In this document: positions 27,768 to 37,404 of the stretch, in pieces | Layout: every line of letters starts with the position of its first letter | How positions within the stretch are numbered: position 1 is the stretch's first letter | NCBI GenBank assembly: GCA_039589315.1 | Contig: JBDHHQ010000004.1 | Location: 1-64,000 of the forward strand | Length of the DNA: 64,000 nt | Source: Gemmatimonadota bacterium | GTDB lineage: Bacteria > Gemmatimonadota > Gemmatimonadetes > Longimicrobiales > Gaopeijiaceae | Direction of reading: 5' to 3' | The notes under the pieces: model-generated | What the model was told of the DNA's origin: nothing | The model's database searches: none | What the model saw: the letters and a program-made list of their open reading frames with translations, nothing else | Position numbers and translations under genes: made by a program

Positions 27768-28118
27768 ATGGCCGAGATTCCGGAAGGCATGAGCACCCTC
27801 GAGTACCACGTTCTGCTGTCCATGGCCTCAGGGCCCCGGTACGGCTACGCGATCAAGGACGCCGTAGCGGCCGAGTCCGCCGGAACGCTCCAGCCACGAG
27901 CCGGCACCCTCTACCGTGTGCTGGCCCGCCTCATGACCCACGGTTGGGTGGCTGAAGTCCAAACCGGCCAGGACGACCCGCCGCACCCCGGGCTGACCCG
28001 CAAGTACTACGGCCTGACGGCCACCGGCCGCGCCGCCCTCGCCGTGGAAGCCCGGCGGTTGCGCGAAGCCGCGGCGTTGGCCGAGGAACGTCTCGGGCTG
28101 GTGGAGAAGACGGGTTGA
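27768..28118 (+). CDS. PadR family transcriptional regulator
   Basis: EYHVLLSMASGPRYGYAIKDAV, AGTLYRVLARL, RKYYGLTATGRAAL. Confidence 0.93.
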   Translation: MAEIPEGMSTLEYHVLLSMASGPRYGYAIKDAVAAESAGTLQPRAGTLYRVLARLMTHGWVAEVQTGQDDPPHPGLTRKYYGLTATGRAALAVEARRLREAAALAEERLGLVEKTG

Positions 28119-30784
28119 ACGCGTTGTTGGATCTGCTGATCCGCCTGTTTCCGAGGGCGTTCCGCCGGCAGTTCGGTGCGGACCTGCACGAGCAAGTCCG
28201 CGTCGACCTGGGGCGCGCCGAGCGTCGTGGGCGCTGGCCGGCCCTCGCGTTCACGGTCTGGACGGGTCTGGACCTGATCCGGTCGGCGGTGGCCGAGCGC
28301 TTGCGTCCGACGTGGGTCGGCGCGCATGCCACGAGCGAGAGAGTGACGACGGGAGGGGAGAGGACGATGACGATGGGTGGATGGACCCGAGACCTGCTTT
28401 ACGCCACGCGCGCCCTGAGGCGGGCGCCGGGGTTCACGGCGGCCGTGGTGGTCACGCTCGGGCTGGCCGTGGGAGCCAACGCGGGGATCTTCAGCGTGAT
28501 TTCGGCCGTTCTGCTGGATCCGTTGCCCTTCGAGGAGCCGGACCGGCTGGTGTACATCGCCGCGTCGGCCCCAGGCTCGGACTTCCCCGACGAGTTCCCA
28601 GTGTCAATGGAGTTCTACGTCCAGTACGCCGAACAGGCGACGCTTCTCGACGGCCTGGCCACGTTCAACTCGTTCACGGCCACGCTGCGCGTGGGCGATC
28701 GGATCGAGCGCGTTCGCATGTCGATGCCCACGCACACGCTGTTCGAAACGCTGGGGGCGGAGCCCATCCTGGGCAGACTCCCCGAGCCCGAAGACGGGGA
28801 AGACGTCGCGGTCATCAGCTATGCGCTGTGGACGACGTGGTTCGGATCGGATCCCGACGTAATCGGGAAGGCCTACGAGGCAATCAATCTCCCGCGGACG
28901 ATCATCGGGGTCATGCGTCCTGACTTCCGGTTTCCCAACGACGGCGTGCTCCTCTGGATTCCGAGCGAGGTCCCGACCGAGATCGTACCCGGACGATTCG
29001 GGCGTCGGCTCGTGGGACGGCTGGCACCGGGCGCCGAGCCTGAGGATCTGGCCACGCAACTGCAGACGCTGGCCAGCCGGCTCCCGGAGCGATTCGGTGG
29101 ATCGGCCGCCTACGCGCGCCTGATCGAGCAGCACCGCCCGGTGGTTCGGCCCCTGCGCGAGGAGCTTCTGGGCCACGTGTCGGGGCCGCTCTGGGTGCTC
29201 ATGGGCTCGGTCGCCCTGGTCCTTCTGATCGCATGCGCCAACGTCGCCAACTTGTTCCTCGTGCGAACGGAGAGCCGACGACGCGACCTGGCCGTCCGGC
29301 GCGCCATGGGAGCCGGTCGTGGCCTGCTGATCCGTACCCAGATGGCCGAGGCCGTGCTGCTTGCTGCCTGGGGCGGCGCCCTGGGCGTCGTGCTTGCCTG
29401 GGTCGGGACTCCACTGCTCCTTCGCTTCGCGCCGACGATCCCCCGGGGCGACTCCGTTGCCGTCGAGGCACCCACGCTCCTGTTCGCGCTGGGCTTGTCG
29501 GCGCTGGCGGCGATCGTGTGCGGCCTCGCGCCCGCGGTGCGTGCTTCGGCGCCGAGCCTCGACCGACTCCGTGATGCCGGACGCGGTCATACGCGCCGCC
29601 GTAGCTGGGGGAGGGACGGCTTGGTCGTGGCTCAGACCGCCTTGGCGCTCGTGCTCCTGGTCGGCTCCGGACTCCTGGTGCGCAGCTTCGTGAAGCTGAG
29701 ATCGGTGGACCCCGGCTATGACACGGAGGACATCTTCACCTTCCAGATCGCTCCCGAATCCGAAGGCCTGTCCGACGGTCCCGAGTACGCCCGCTTCCAC
29801 ACGGACTTCATGGAGCGGGTGGCCTCTCTTCCCGGTGTCGAGTCAGTGGGCGTCGTCGGTGAGCTGCCGCTGGACGAGGGTGTCCGCGGCGGACGGTTCG
29901 TCACCGAGGACCGCCAGGCCGACGAGGACGAAGGCGTCTTGCTCAACTACACCTGGAGCGGTGGGGACTACTTCTCCACCATGGGAATCGAGGTGCGTCT
30001 CGGTCGGGCGTTCCGAGCCGCCGATACCGAGACCGATCTGGGCAACGCTCTGGTCAGCGAGACCGCGGCCAATCTGCTGTGGCCCGACCAAGACCCGATC
30101 GGCCGCCGCCTCCGCCGCGAGAGGTCGGAGGAGTGGGCCACCGTCGTGGGAGTGGTCGAGGACGTCAAGCAGTACAACTTCCGCGACGCCGCCGAGCCTC
30201 TGGTGTACCTGCCGCTCGTTGGACCGACGCCGGAGAGCTGGACCGTCGCGTCGCCTGGCTACGTGGTCAAGACGGCTCGAGCGGAGCAGATCGCTCCGGA
30301 GGTTCGCGCGTTGGTGCGTGAGGTCGCACCGAGCGCACCGATGTACGCCGTCCACACCATGGCGAGCCTGCAGGCCGATTCGATGCACCGACTCTCCTTC
30401 ACGATGCTGACTCTGGCGCTGGCCTCGGGACTGGCGCTGCTGATGGGCGCCATCGGGCTCTACGGCGTGTTGTCGTACGTGGTGGCGCTCCGCACCCAGG
30501 AGATCGGCGTGCGCATGGCTCTCGGCGCCCGCGCAGGTGAGGTGCGCCGCATGGTCGTCGCTCGAGGCGCCCGGATAGTGGCGTTCGGGATCGTCCTGGG
30601 GCTGTTCATGGCGGCCGCTGCCACCCGCGCGCTCGGTGCGCTGCTGTTCGCCACGCAACCACTGGACGGAATCACGTTCCTGGGCACCGCCATCGTCTTG
30701 GGGGGTGTGGGTCTACTGGCGAGCTACGTCCCGGCGCGACGAGCGTCGAGCCTCGATCCCGCGGCTTGTTTGCGGGCGGAGTAG
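28115..30784 (+). CDS. ADOP-type duplicated ABC permease (MacB/FtsX-like)
   Basis: DLLYATRALRRAPGF, LGLAVGANAGIFSV, LLIACANVANLFL, RRDLAVRRAMGAGR, VVAQTALALVLLVGSGLL, RTQEIGVRMALGA, ASYVPARRAS.LDP...LRAE. TTG overlaps the padR stop. Confidence 0.93.
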   Translation: MNALLDLLIRLFPRAFRRQFGADLHEQVRVDLGRAERRGRWPALAFTVWTGLDLIRSAVAERLRPTWVGAHATSERVTTGGERTMTMGGWTRDLLYATRALRRAPGFTAAVVVTLGLAVGANAGIFSVISAVLLDPLPFEEPDRLVYIAASAPGSDFPDEFPVSMEFYVQYAEQATLLDGLATFNSFTATLRVGDRIERVRMSMPTHTLFETLGAEPILGRLPEPEDGEDVAVISYALWTTWFGSDPDVIGKAYEAINLPRTIIGVMRPDFRFPNDGVLLWIPSEVPTEIVPGRFGRRLVGRLAPGAEPEDLATQLQTLASRLPERFGGSAAYARLIEQHRPVVRPLREELLGHVSGPLWVLMGSVALVLLIACANVANLFLVRTESRRRDLAVRRAMGAGRGLLIRTQMAEAVLLAAWGGALGVVLAWVGTPLLLRFAPTIPRGDSVAVEAPTLLFALGLSALAAIVCGLAPAVRASAPSLDRLRDAGRGHTRRRSWGRDGLVVAQTALALVLLVGSGLLVRSFVKLRSVDPGYDTEDIFTFQIAPESEGLSDGPEYARFHTDFMERVASLPGVESVGVVGELPLDEGVRGGRFVTEDRQADEDEGVLLNYTWSGGDYFSTMGIEVRLGRAFRAADTETDLGNALVSETAANLLWPDQDPIGRRLRRERSEEWATVVGVVEDVKQYNFRDAAEPLVYLPLVGPTPESWTVASPGYVVKTARAEQIAPEVRALVREVAPSAPMYAVHTMASLQADSMHRLSFTMLTLALASGLALLMGAIGLYGVLSYVVALRTQEIGVRMALGARAGEVRRMVVARGARIVAFGIVLGLFMAAAATRALGALLFATQPLDGITFLGTAIVLGGVGLLASYVPARRASSLDPAACLRAE

Positions 30785-30801
30785 CGCGGGGAACGGGAGG
30801 A

Positions 30802-30836
30802 GGTCGGCGTGGGGGGCTTTCCCCCCCACGCCGACC
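30802..30836. terminator. Perfect 15-bp-stem hairpin between convergent ADOP genes (probable bidirectional terminator)
   Basis: ggtcggcgtgggggg-ctttc-ccccccacgccgacc. Confidence 0.7.
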
Positions 30837-30884
30837 GCGGGCAGCTGGCCTGATGGCGACCGCCCATGTACGACCCCGCTGGGG

Positions 30885-33491
30885 CTACTCCGCCCGGATC
30901 GCCTCGGTCGGATCGATCCGGCCGGCCCGCCGCGCGGGCAGGTAGGTGGCGACCAGCGCCGCCGACGCCATGACCAGGGCCCCCGCCCCGATCGACAGGG
31001 GGTCGAGGGGGCTGATGCCGTAGAGCAGCTCCCGCGCCGCCCGAGCGGCCAGGATGCCCGCCAACAGTCCCCCAACCACGCCCAAGGCCACGATAGGCAG
31101 GATCGTCCGCATCTGATCGCGCTCGAGGCGGTCCGGTGTGGCCCCGAGGGCCAAACGCACGCCCAACTCGGAGCGTCGGGTTCGGACCGCGTACGAGACC
31201 ACCCCGAAGACGCCGACGGCCGACAGCAGAAGGGCCAGGGTCGCGAGGCTGAGCACCAGGGCCCGCGTCGCCTTTGGAATCGCGACCCAGGCGTTGACGA
31301 ACGCCGACATGGGCCAGAAGCCCGTCACCGGTTGGGAAGGGTCGACGGACCAAATCGCCTCTCGCACGGCCTCACCGAAGCTCATGGGGTCGCCGGACAC
31401 GAGCACGTACATCCCCTGCGTGCCACGCGGATCCCCCTGATAGGGGACGTACAGCATGGGCGGCGGAGGCGTCGCCGGGCCGAGGGAGTGCACATCGGCC
31501 ACGACTCCGACGACCTCCAGGTCTCGGTAGCTCTCCTCGTGGGTGCTCAGGTAGCGCCCGACCGGAGAGCCATCGGGCCAGTGCTTCTCGGCGAATGTGT
31601 GGTTCACGACCGCCGCGCGGGGTGTTCCCACGAAGTCGTCCGCCTGAAAGGCCCGCCCGGCCAGCATGCGCATCCCAGCCGCTTCGAAGAGGCCTGCGTC
31701 GACGCGCCGCCACTCCTCCCGGACGTCGCGCACGGGCTGCAGCGATCGATCGAGGAAATACACCCGGGCGAAGTCGTCCTCGGCCTGGAACGCCACGTAA
31801 CCGATCACTCCGGCCCGCTCCACGCCCGGGATCCTCTCGACCTCCTCGACGGCTCGGCGGAAGTAGGTGACCCGATCCTCCGCCTCGAGCCCCCAGACGT
31901 CACCGAAGTAGAGCGTGAGCAACTGTGCGTGCTCGAGGCCGACCTCGGTGGAAAGCAGCTTGTCGGCGCTGCGCACGACGAGGCCCGCGCTGACGCAGAG
32001 CACCGTCGCGACGGCCACCTCGACGCCAACCAACAGTCGCGTCCCGCGCACGCCGCGATGGACACGCCTCGACCCCTCCGGACGGGCGCTCTGGAGCGCC
32101 GACACCAGGCCGGGCGCCGTGAGGAGGAGCCCACCCAACACCGCACTCGCCAACGCCACCGTCGTAACAGCCGGATCGAGCACGCCCTCGAGGACGGGCA
32201 CCCTCGATGCGGAGTCGGGGATGGGGATCCAGGCGGGGACCATCTCGGCAACGCGCTCGAGCAGGAAGGGAGTGGCCAGGAGACCGAGCAACGCGCCTGC
32301 CGCGGCCAGCCCGGCGGTCTCGAGGGACAGCACCCGAGCGACCCGGGCCCAACCGGCGCCCATGGCTATACGGAGCGCGAGCTCGTCGGTACGGGCGACG
32401 GTCCGAATCCGGAACAGGGTGGCCAGGTTCACGAGAGCGACGAGGAGCACCAGAGAGACCGTGGCCGCGAGCGCCCAGATCACCGGGCGGACCGCCTCGA
32501 CCGTGACCTCGTGCAGCGGCTCCACCAGGAAGCTCCAGCCTTCGAAACGGGGATAGCGGTCGGTGAAGCGCCGCGCCGCGCCGGCCAGCTCGGTCGAGGC
32601 GTCGGCGACCGTTCTGCCCGGCGCCAACTTGCCCACCACGTTGAAGTGAATCCTCCCGGGTTCGTCCGCTGCGAGCACGTCGTCGCGAAGCGGCACGAAG
32701 AGCGGCGCCGGAGCCACGAACTCGAAGCCCTCCGGGAGCACGCCGATGATGGTGGCGGGCTCGCCCTCGATGGGCAGGATCGACCCGATGACGTCGGGAT
32801 CCGACTCGAGGCGGTCACGCCAGAAACCGTGCGTCACGATCACGGTCTCGGGCGCGGACGACGTGCGATCCTCCTCCCCGAAGAGACGGCCCATCAAGGG
32901 GGTGACGCCGAGCACGCGGAGGAAATCCACCGTGCCCTCGATGGCGTCCAGCACCTCCGGCCGGCCGTCCACCGAGAGGTAGGCGCCATCGTGATGAAAC
33001 GCGGCGATCCGCTCGAAGGCGGCGCTCCCATCCTGGATCTCGATGTAGGCGGGTCCCGAGATCACGTCCCTGAGCTGACCATCCTCGACGTTGCTCCCCC
33101 AAACCACCATCACCCGATCCGGGTCCGACCATGGCGGCGCCTTCAACAGCGTTCCCCGAACGAAGCTGAAGACCGTCGCGTTGGCCGCGACGGCGCAGGC
33201 CAGCACGATCACCGCAGTCGCGGCGTAGCCCCGACTTCTCGAGAGCGACCTGGCCACGAAACGTACATCGAGCATCCATCCCCGGCCCATCCCCATCGTC
33301 ATCCTCCGGATTCGATCCATCCACACCCCCACTGCCCCGGCCGCCAGATCCGCGGTCACCACCGCGCTCGCCCACGGGGTTCTTCCCGCCCTCTCCCACC
33401 GGAAGCTCGCAACCGCGAGCATCTCGGCGCCGTACCGCTGTCGGTGCGACGGCGGGTACAGCCAGAGAATCGACTTCAGAACGGACTTCAC
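30885..33491 (-). CDS. ADOP-type duplicated ABC permease (MacB/FtsX-like)
   Basis: DVRFVARSLSRS, ANATVFSFV, VLLVALVNLATLF, ELALRIAMGAG, RRSELGVRLALGA, ATYLPARRAGRIDP..IRAE. GTG overlaps the padR stop. Confidence 0.92.
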   Translation of the reverse strand: MKSVLKSILWLYPPSHRQRYGAEMLAVASFRWERAGRTPWASAVVTADLAAGAVGVWMDRIRRMTMGMGRGWMLDVRFVARSLSRSRGYAATAVIVLACAVAANATVFSFVRGTLLKAPPWSDPDRVMVVWGSNVEDGQLRDVISGPAYIEIQDGSAAFERIAAFHHDGAYLSVDGRPEVLDAIEGTVDFLRVLGVTPLMGRLFGEEDRTSSAPETVIVTHGFWRDRLESDPDVIGSILPIEGEPATIIGVLPEGFEFVAPAPLFVPLRDDVLAADEPGRIHFNVVGKLAPGRTVADASTELAGAARRFTDRYPRFEGWSFLVEPLHEVTVEAVRPVIWALAATVSLVLLVALVNLATLFRIRTVARTDELALRIAMGAGWARVARVLSLETAGLAAAGALLGLLATPFLLERVAEMVPAWIPIPDSASRVPVLEGVLDPAVTTVALASAVLGGLLLTAPGLVSALQSARPEGSRRVHRGVRGTRLLVGVEVAVATVLCVSAGLVVRSADKLLSTEVGLEHAQLLTLYFGDVWGLEAEDRVTYFRRAVEEVERIPGVERAGVIGYVAFQAEDDFARVYFLDRSLQPVRDVREEWRRVDAGLFEAAGMRMLAGRAFQADDFVGTPRAAVVNHTFAEKHWPDGSPVGRYLSTHEESYRDLEVVGVVADVHSLGPATPPPPMLYVPYQGDPRGTQGMYVLVSGDPMSFGEAVREAIWSVDPSQPVTGFWPMSAFVNAWVAIPKATRALVLSLATLALLLSAVGVFGVVSYAVRTRRSELGVRLALGATPDRLERDQMRTILPIVALGVVGGLLAGILAARAARELLYGISPLDPLSIGAGALVMASAALVATYLPARRAGRIDPTEAIRAE

Positions 33492-33844
33492 GCCGACTCC
33501 TCGAGCAGGTCGAGGGCGCGTGCCGCTTCGACCAGGCTCGCCTGACGGCGCGCCTCGGCCCGCAGTGCGGCCATGCCCCTGTGGGTCACCCGGTACAGCT
33601 TCCTGGGCGCGCCCAGGCCCTCCGGCTTCAGGCTCTCCTCCAGCGGCTCCACCAGACCGTCGTCGACGAGGCTAGCGATCGTGCGGTACAGGGACCCGGC
33701 GTTGAGCCGGATCCCACCTTCCGAGCGGTCTTCCAGGCGCTCCAGGAGCTCGAGACCGTAGGTAGGCTCCTCCGCCAGCAGCAGGAGGATCATGTGGTGA
33801 ACGGGCTTGAGCGGCGAGCTGTGATCGACGGAGGCCTCGGTCAT
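33488..33844 (-). CDS. PadR family transcriptional regulator
   Basis: HMILLLLAEEPTYGLELL, AGSLYRTIASL, RKLYRVTHRGMAALRAE. RBS aaggag before ATG 33844. Confidence 0.92.
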   Translation of the reverse strand: MTEASVDHSSPLKPVHHMILLLLAEEPTYGLELLERLEDRSEGGIRLNAGSLYRTIASLVDDGLVEPLEESLKPEGLGAPRKLYRVTHRGMAALRAEARRQASLVEAARALDLLEESA

Positions 33845-33858
33845 GGTTCTTCTCCTTA

Positions 33859-33893
33859 ATATGCATTTCGCATATGCAGTATGCATAAAAGAG
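33859..33893 (-). promoter_or_regulatory. Putative PadR operator/promoter, (A)TGCAT-rich
   Basis: Minus strand reads ctcttttATGCATAcTGCATATgcgaaATGCATAtt. This matches ctctttATGCATAtaTGCATATcgTGCAat upstream of the first padR. Confidence 0.7.
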
Positions 33894-33953
33894 GAGATCG
33901 AGGCAAGCCCTGGAGGCCCGGCGACAGGCCCGGGCGTCGAGACCGATCCTCGA

Positions 33954-34133
33954 TCAGGCGCCGGTCACCACGTAGTAGAGCGGTACCGCGATCGCCAGAA
34001 GCCAGGACAGGACCGCGATCCATCTCAGCGGCCGCTGTCGGGCTCGACCGAACACACCGACGACCGACGGCTGTACCGCTATGCCTTCGAGCAGAACCAC
34101 GAGGGCCATGAGGCAGAGCGCTCCGAAGACCAC
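33954..34133 (-). CDS. Small (59 aa) two-TM membrane protein, below the ORF-track cut-off
   Basis: Manual translation: VVFGALCLMALVVLLEGIAVQPSVVGVFGRARQRPLRWIAVLSWLLAIAVPLYYVVTGA*. Two hydrophobic helices around an Arg-rich loop. In frame with the upstream gltS. No clear RBS. Confidence 0.45.
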   Translation of the reverse strand: MVFGALCLMALVVLLEGIAVQPSVVGVFGRARQRPLRWIAVLSWLLAIAVPLYYVVTGA

Positions 34134-34175
34134 GTGTTGACTCTGACCAAGGCCCCACGCCGGTTCCGGACGCGT

Positions 34176-35510
34176 CTAGGCCAGCCCCTTGGCCCGCGTG
34201 GGCCAGAAGTAGGCGCCCAACGTCACGAGGAGGGTGACCAGGAACACGGGCAAGAGGCCGAACTGAAGCAACAGCAGGGGCATGGTGGCCGTCACCAGCC
34301 CGCCGCCCAGCAACGGCGACGCCACCATCGCCCGGGCGGCGAAGGCCTGCGCCGCGGGGGTGCGGTTCTCCGGGTCGACCACGCGCAACAACATGAGCCC
34401 GACGGCGGTCACCGCGGTCTGGGTCCCGTACATGACGATCCCTTGCTCGAACCAGTACGTCTTCATCATGCGCCGAGCCAAGAACGCGAACGTCGCCCAC
34501 GTCCAGACGATGCCGACCCCCATCAACAGGGCGAACGGCACCGCGTTCTGGAGGAACAGGTCCAGGCGCAGCGAGGCGATGGCCGCCACGACCAGGAGGT
34601 CCAGGGACAGCCCCATGATGCGGTGGACGCTGCCGCGGTCGAAGTAGGCCGCGGCTCCACTCCGGTCGGCGACGAGCTGCACGAGCATCCCGCCGATCAT
34701 CGCCAGGGGAAACAGCGGGAATCCGGACAGGGCGGGATGAAGCGATCGGACCGCGAGCTGCAGTACCCAACCGATGAGCACCGCTACGCTCAGGATCGCG
34801 ACATGGAAGGTGAAGGGCTCCATCACGCTGGTTCGCACGGTTCCCCGGGCGATCGAAACGCGCTCGGAACGGGGGATCAGACCGGAGCGGTCGCTCTGCG
34901 AGGCTACGCGCGAGGCCCCCGCCTCCGGTGACAGTTGGGTCGCATGGCCCCTACGGACGCCCTGGCCGATCAAGGCCATCCCCGTGATCACGCCGACGAC
35001 GATCCCGACCGTCGCGGACATCTGTCCCAGCGCACCGCCGGCCTCGAAGCCCAGGTCGTCGAAGACGCCGGTCATGGCCGCCGCCGTCCCATGCCCCCCG
35101 GCGAACCCCACCTCGATGATGCACGCGAACAGGATCGACGAGCCGAACAGCGGTGCCAACACCAGACCGGTGAGCGCGATGCCGACCAGATACTGACCCA
35201 GGGAGGTCACGACCCCGAAGCGGAAGATCGGGCCGCCGAGCAGCACCAGGTGCCGGACGCTCGGCAAGCTCGTGCCCACGAACAGCGCAGCGAACACGTA
35301 GTTGATCAGCACCCCGGGGACCGTCGACCACAGCCCGACGACGTCAGTCGGAACCCGGTCGACACCGTAGGGTCCGGCGGCCAGCCCGATGAACCCGCCG
35401 ATGAGCGAAACGGGGAGCATCAGCCGGCGAAGCAGCCGGATGCGGAGCTGTAGCAGCAACCCCAACAGGAGCAGCAACCCCAGGCCACCCAGGCCTACGA
35501 CGAACGCCAT
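34176..35510 (-). CDS. gltS: Sodium/glutamate symporter (ESS/GltS family)
   Basis: Polytopic membrane protein with LPVSLIGG, EVGFAGGHGTAAAM, SATVGIVVGVITG, FPLFPLAMIGG, TAVTAVGLMLLRVVDP. Confidence 0.85.
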   Translation of the reverse strand: MAFVVGLGGLGLLLLLGLLLQLRIRLLRRLMLPVSLIGGFIGLAAGPYGVDRVPTDVVGLWSTVPGVLINYVFAALFVGTSLPSVRHLVLLGGPIFRFGVVTSLGQYLVGIALTGLVLAPLFGSSILFACIIEVGFAGGHGTAAAMTGVFDDLGFEAGGALGQMSATVGIVVGVITGMALIGQGVRRGHATQLSPEAGASRVASQSDRSGLIPRSERVSIARGTVRTSVMEPFTFHVAILSVAVLIGWVLQLAVRSLHPALSGFPLFPLAMIGGMLVQLVADRSGAAAYFDRGSVHRIMGLSLDLLVVAAIASLRLDLFLQNAVPFALLMGVGIVWTWATFAFLARRMMKTYWFEQGIVMYGTQTAVTAVGLMLLRVVDPENRTPAAQAFAARAMVASPLLGGGLVTATMPLLLLQFGLLPVFLVTLLVTLGAYFWPTRAKGLA

Positions 35511-35556
35511 GCGCTCCTCAAGCCCAGGATCAACCGATCGAACGGCTGTCTGCCAC

Positions 35557-37404
35557 TCACGCGCCCAGCGAGGCCTCCACCTTCGCCTCGACGACCGACA
35601 GCACCTTGCCCGCCGCCTCCACGATGCCCCCGAGCCTGTCCCTGATCTCCGCGCAGAACGCCTCGTCCGAGATGTTGGGCAGGTTGATGCGCACGTTATA
35701 GGCCGCGGCCTTGAGTCCGGCGTGGGCCATGAGCGCGCCGCTCCCCGCGTCGCTGATCATCTCGGGCGTGGCGAGCTCCGCCATGTCCCGACACAGGCCG
35801 AGGGCCTCGAAGCACCGCTCCACCGTGGCCATGGGAACGAGGGTGGCCTCCTTGTAGCCCTCCAGGATGGCCGCGGCGCGGGCCTCCCTCTCCGCCTCGG
35901 TGTCCTTGGGCATCCGGATCCCGACGAGCACCGAGTCGAAGGCCCGCGTGTCGTCGTCCACGGCCCGGATCAGCGCGTCCTTCACGGTCTGCGCCCGGGT
36001 GGCCAAATCACAGAGTCTGTCGTAGTGCTCGTCGAACTCACCCTTCCCCACCGACAGGTTCGCCACCATCGAAGCGAGGGCGCCCCCGATGGCGCCGGCC
36101 AGGGCCGCCACGGATCCGCCGCCCGGAGCGGGTGTGTCGCGCGACACCTCGTCGACGAAGTCGAAGGTGGTGCGCAGAACCAGAGGCCCCTCCAGCGTGG
36201 GCAAGCCGAGCACGCGGGTGTCCAGATCGAAGTCGGCGACGTCCCGGAGACCCATGGACTGGACCGCGGTCTCCAGGACGTCCCGGACGGGGATCCCCGG
36301 GGACTTCATCATACGCCTCAGGTAGAACTCTCCGGACTGGCGCAGCGCCTCGTAGGGGATCAACCCCACGAGCTCCGACCCGGTGATGCCGATGCCCCGC
36401 TTCCGCGCCTCTTCCCGGGCTGCCTCCAGGACCAGATGCGGCGGGCTCACCTTGTAATTCGTCAGGTTCATGCTGATCTGGGCCCGGCTGTACTCGTCGA
36501 TGACCCAGCCGATGGCCTTCACGTCCCGGAACTGTCCGTCGGTGAAGACGGGTCCGGACGGTGCCTCGGGATCGATGCCCAGATCCTCGTAGCGGGCCCG
36601 GAGGTCTCCCCCGTGGACGCCCCGATAGTGAGCCTCCAAGTCCTCGAAGGAGTCGGCCACGAAGTCGCATGGACCGCAAGGGAACCGGCCCTCGCCTTCC
36701 CCACCTGCCTCCGGGAAGCGGACAACGTCTCCCTTGTAGTAGAGGGGTTCGGTATTCCCCGACCTCTTCCACCGCCCTCGCTCCCGGAGCACGTATGCGA
36801 TCTCGTTGGCGTAGCGGCGGTCGGTGGAGTTGAGGTTGATGTTGTAGGCGATCAGGAATTCCCGGGCTCCCACCGCCGTCACGCCCGCCTGGGCGTTCAG
36901 CGTGGTGGGGCCGAAGTCCGGCGCCCACTCCGGGTCCCTCAGCTTGTCGGCCATCCCCTCGTATTCGCCGGCCCGCACCTTGGCCAGGTTGCGGCGCTCG
37001 GGTTTCGAAGCGGCGTGTTCGTAGAGGTAGACCGGGATCCCCAGCTCCTGGCCGATGCGCTTCCCCACCCGCCCCGCCATCTCGGCGCAATCCTCCATCG
37101 ACACGCCCGCCACGGGAACGAACGGAAGCACGTCCGTCGCCCCCATCCGGGGGTGCTCCCCGCCGTGCTGGGACATGTCGATGACCCGGGCGGCCTTCTC
37201 CACACAGCGGAACGCAGCTTCCTCCACGTCCGCGGGCGGGCCCACGAAGGTCACCACGGTCCGATTCGTGTTGGCCCCGAGGTCCACGTCCAGCAACCGG
37301 ACGTTCGCGACGGCCTCGATGACGTCGGTGATCTCCTTGATGACCGCTGCATTCCGTCCCTCGGAGAAGTTGGGGACGCACTCGACGATGGGCTGCTGCG
37401 ACAT
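35557..37404 (-). CDS. ftcd: Glutamate formimidoyltransferase / formiminotetrahydrofolate cyclodeaminase (bifunctional)
   Basis: IVECVPNFSEGR, NRTVVTFVG, HPRMGATDVLPFVP, VRAGEYEG, GAREFLIAYNINL, AQISMNL, SELVGLIP. Cyclodeaminase part PAPGGGSVAALAGA, AAYNVRINL. Confidence 0.95.
   Translation of the reverse strand: MSQQPIVECVPNFSEGRNAAVIKEITDVIEAVANVRLLDVDLGANTNRTVVTFVGPPADVEEAAFRCVEKAARVIDMSQHGGEHPRMGATDVLPFVPVAGVSMEDCAEMAGRVGKRIGQELGIPVYLYEHAASKPERRNLAKVRAGEYEGMADKLRDPEWAPDFGPTTLNAQAGVTAVGAREFLIAYNINLNSTDRRYANEIAYVLRERGRWKRSGNTEPLYYKGDVVRFPEAGGEGEGRFPCGPCDFVADSFEDLEAHYRGVHGGDLRARYEDLGIDPEAPSGPVFTDGQFRDVKAIGWVIDEYSRAQISMNLTNYKVSPPHLVLEAAREEARKRGIGITGSELVGLIPYEALRQSGEFYLRRMMKSPGIPVRDVLETAVQSMGLRDVADFDLDTRVLGLPTLEGPLVLRTTFDFVDEVSRDTPAPGGGSVAALAGAIGGALASMVANLSVGKGEFDEHYDRLCDLATRAQTVKDALIRAVDDDTRAFDSVLVGIRMPKDTEAEREARAAAILEGYKEATLVPMATVERCFEALGLCRDMAELATPEMISDAGSGALMAHAGLKAAAYNVRINLPNISDEAFCAEIRDRLGGIVEAAGKVLSVVEAKVEASLGA

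Noticed and set aside
30636..33545. 969 aa plus-strand ORF (similarly 35389-37461, 43838-46087, 17345-19033, 4987-6618, 61503-62993)
   Set aside because: These lie antisense to well-supported genes. Stop-poor shadow frames are expected at this GC content, and they contain no recognisable motifs.
34176..34178. Pyrrolysine or programmed amber recoding of gltS
   Set aside because: No pyl genes or other in-frame TAG cases were seen, TAG is used as a normal stop elsewhere in the window, and GltS looks complete at this point.
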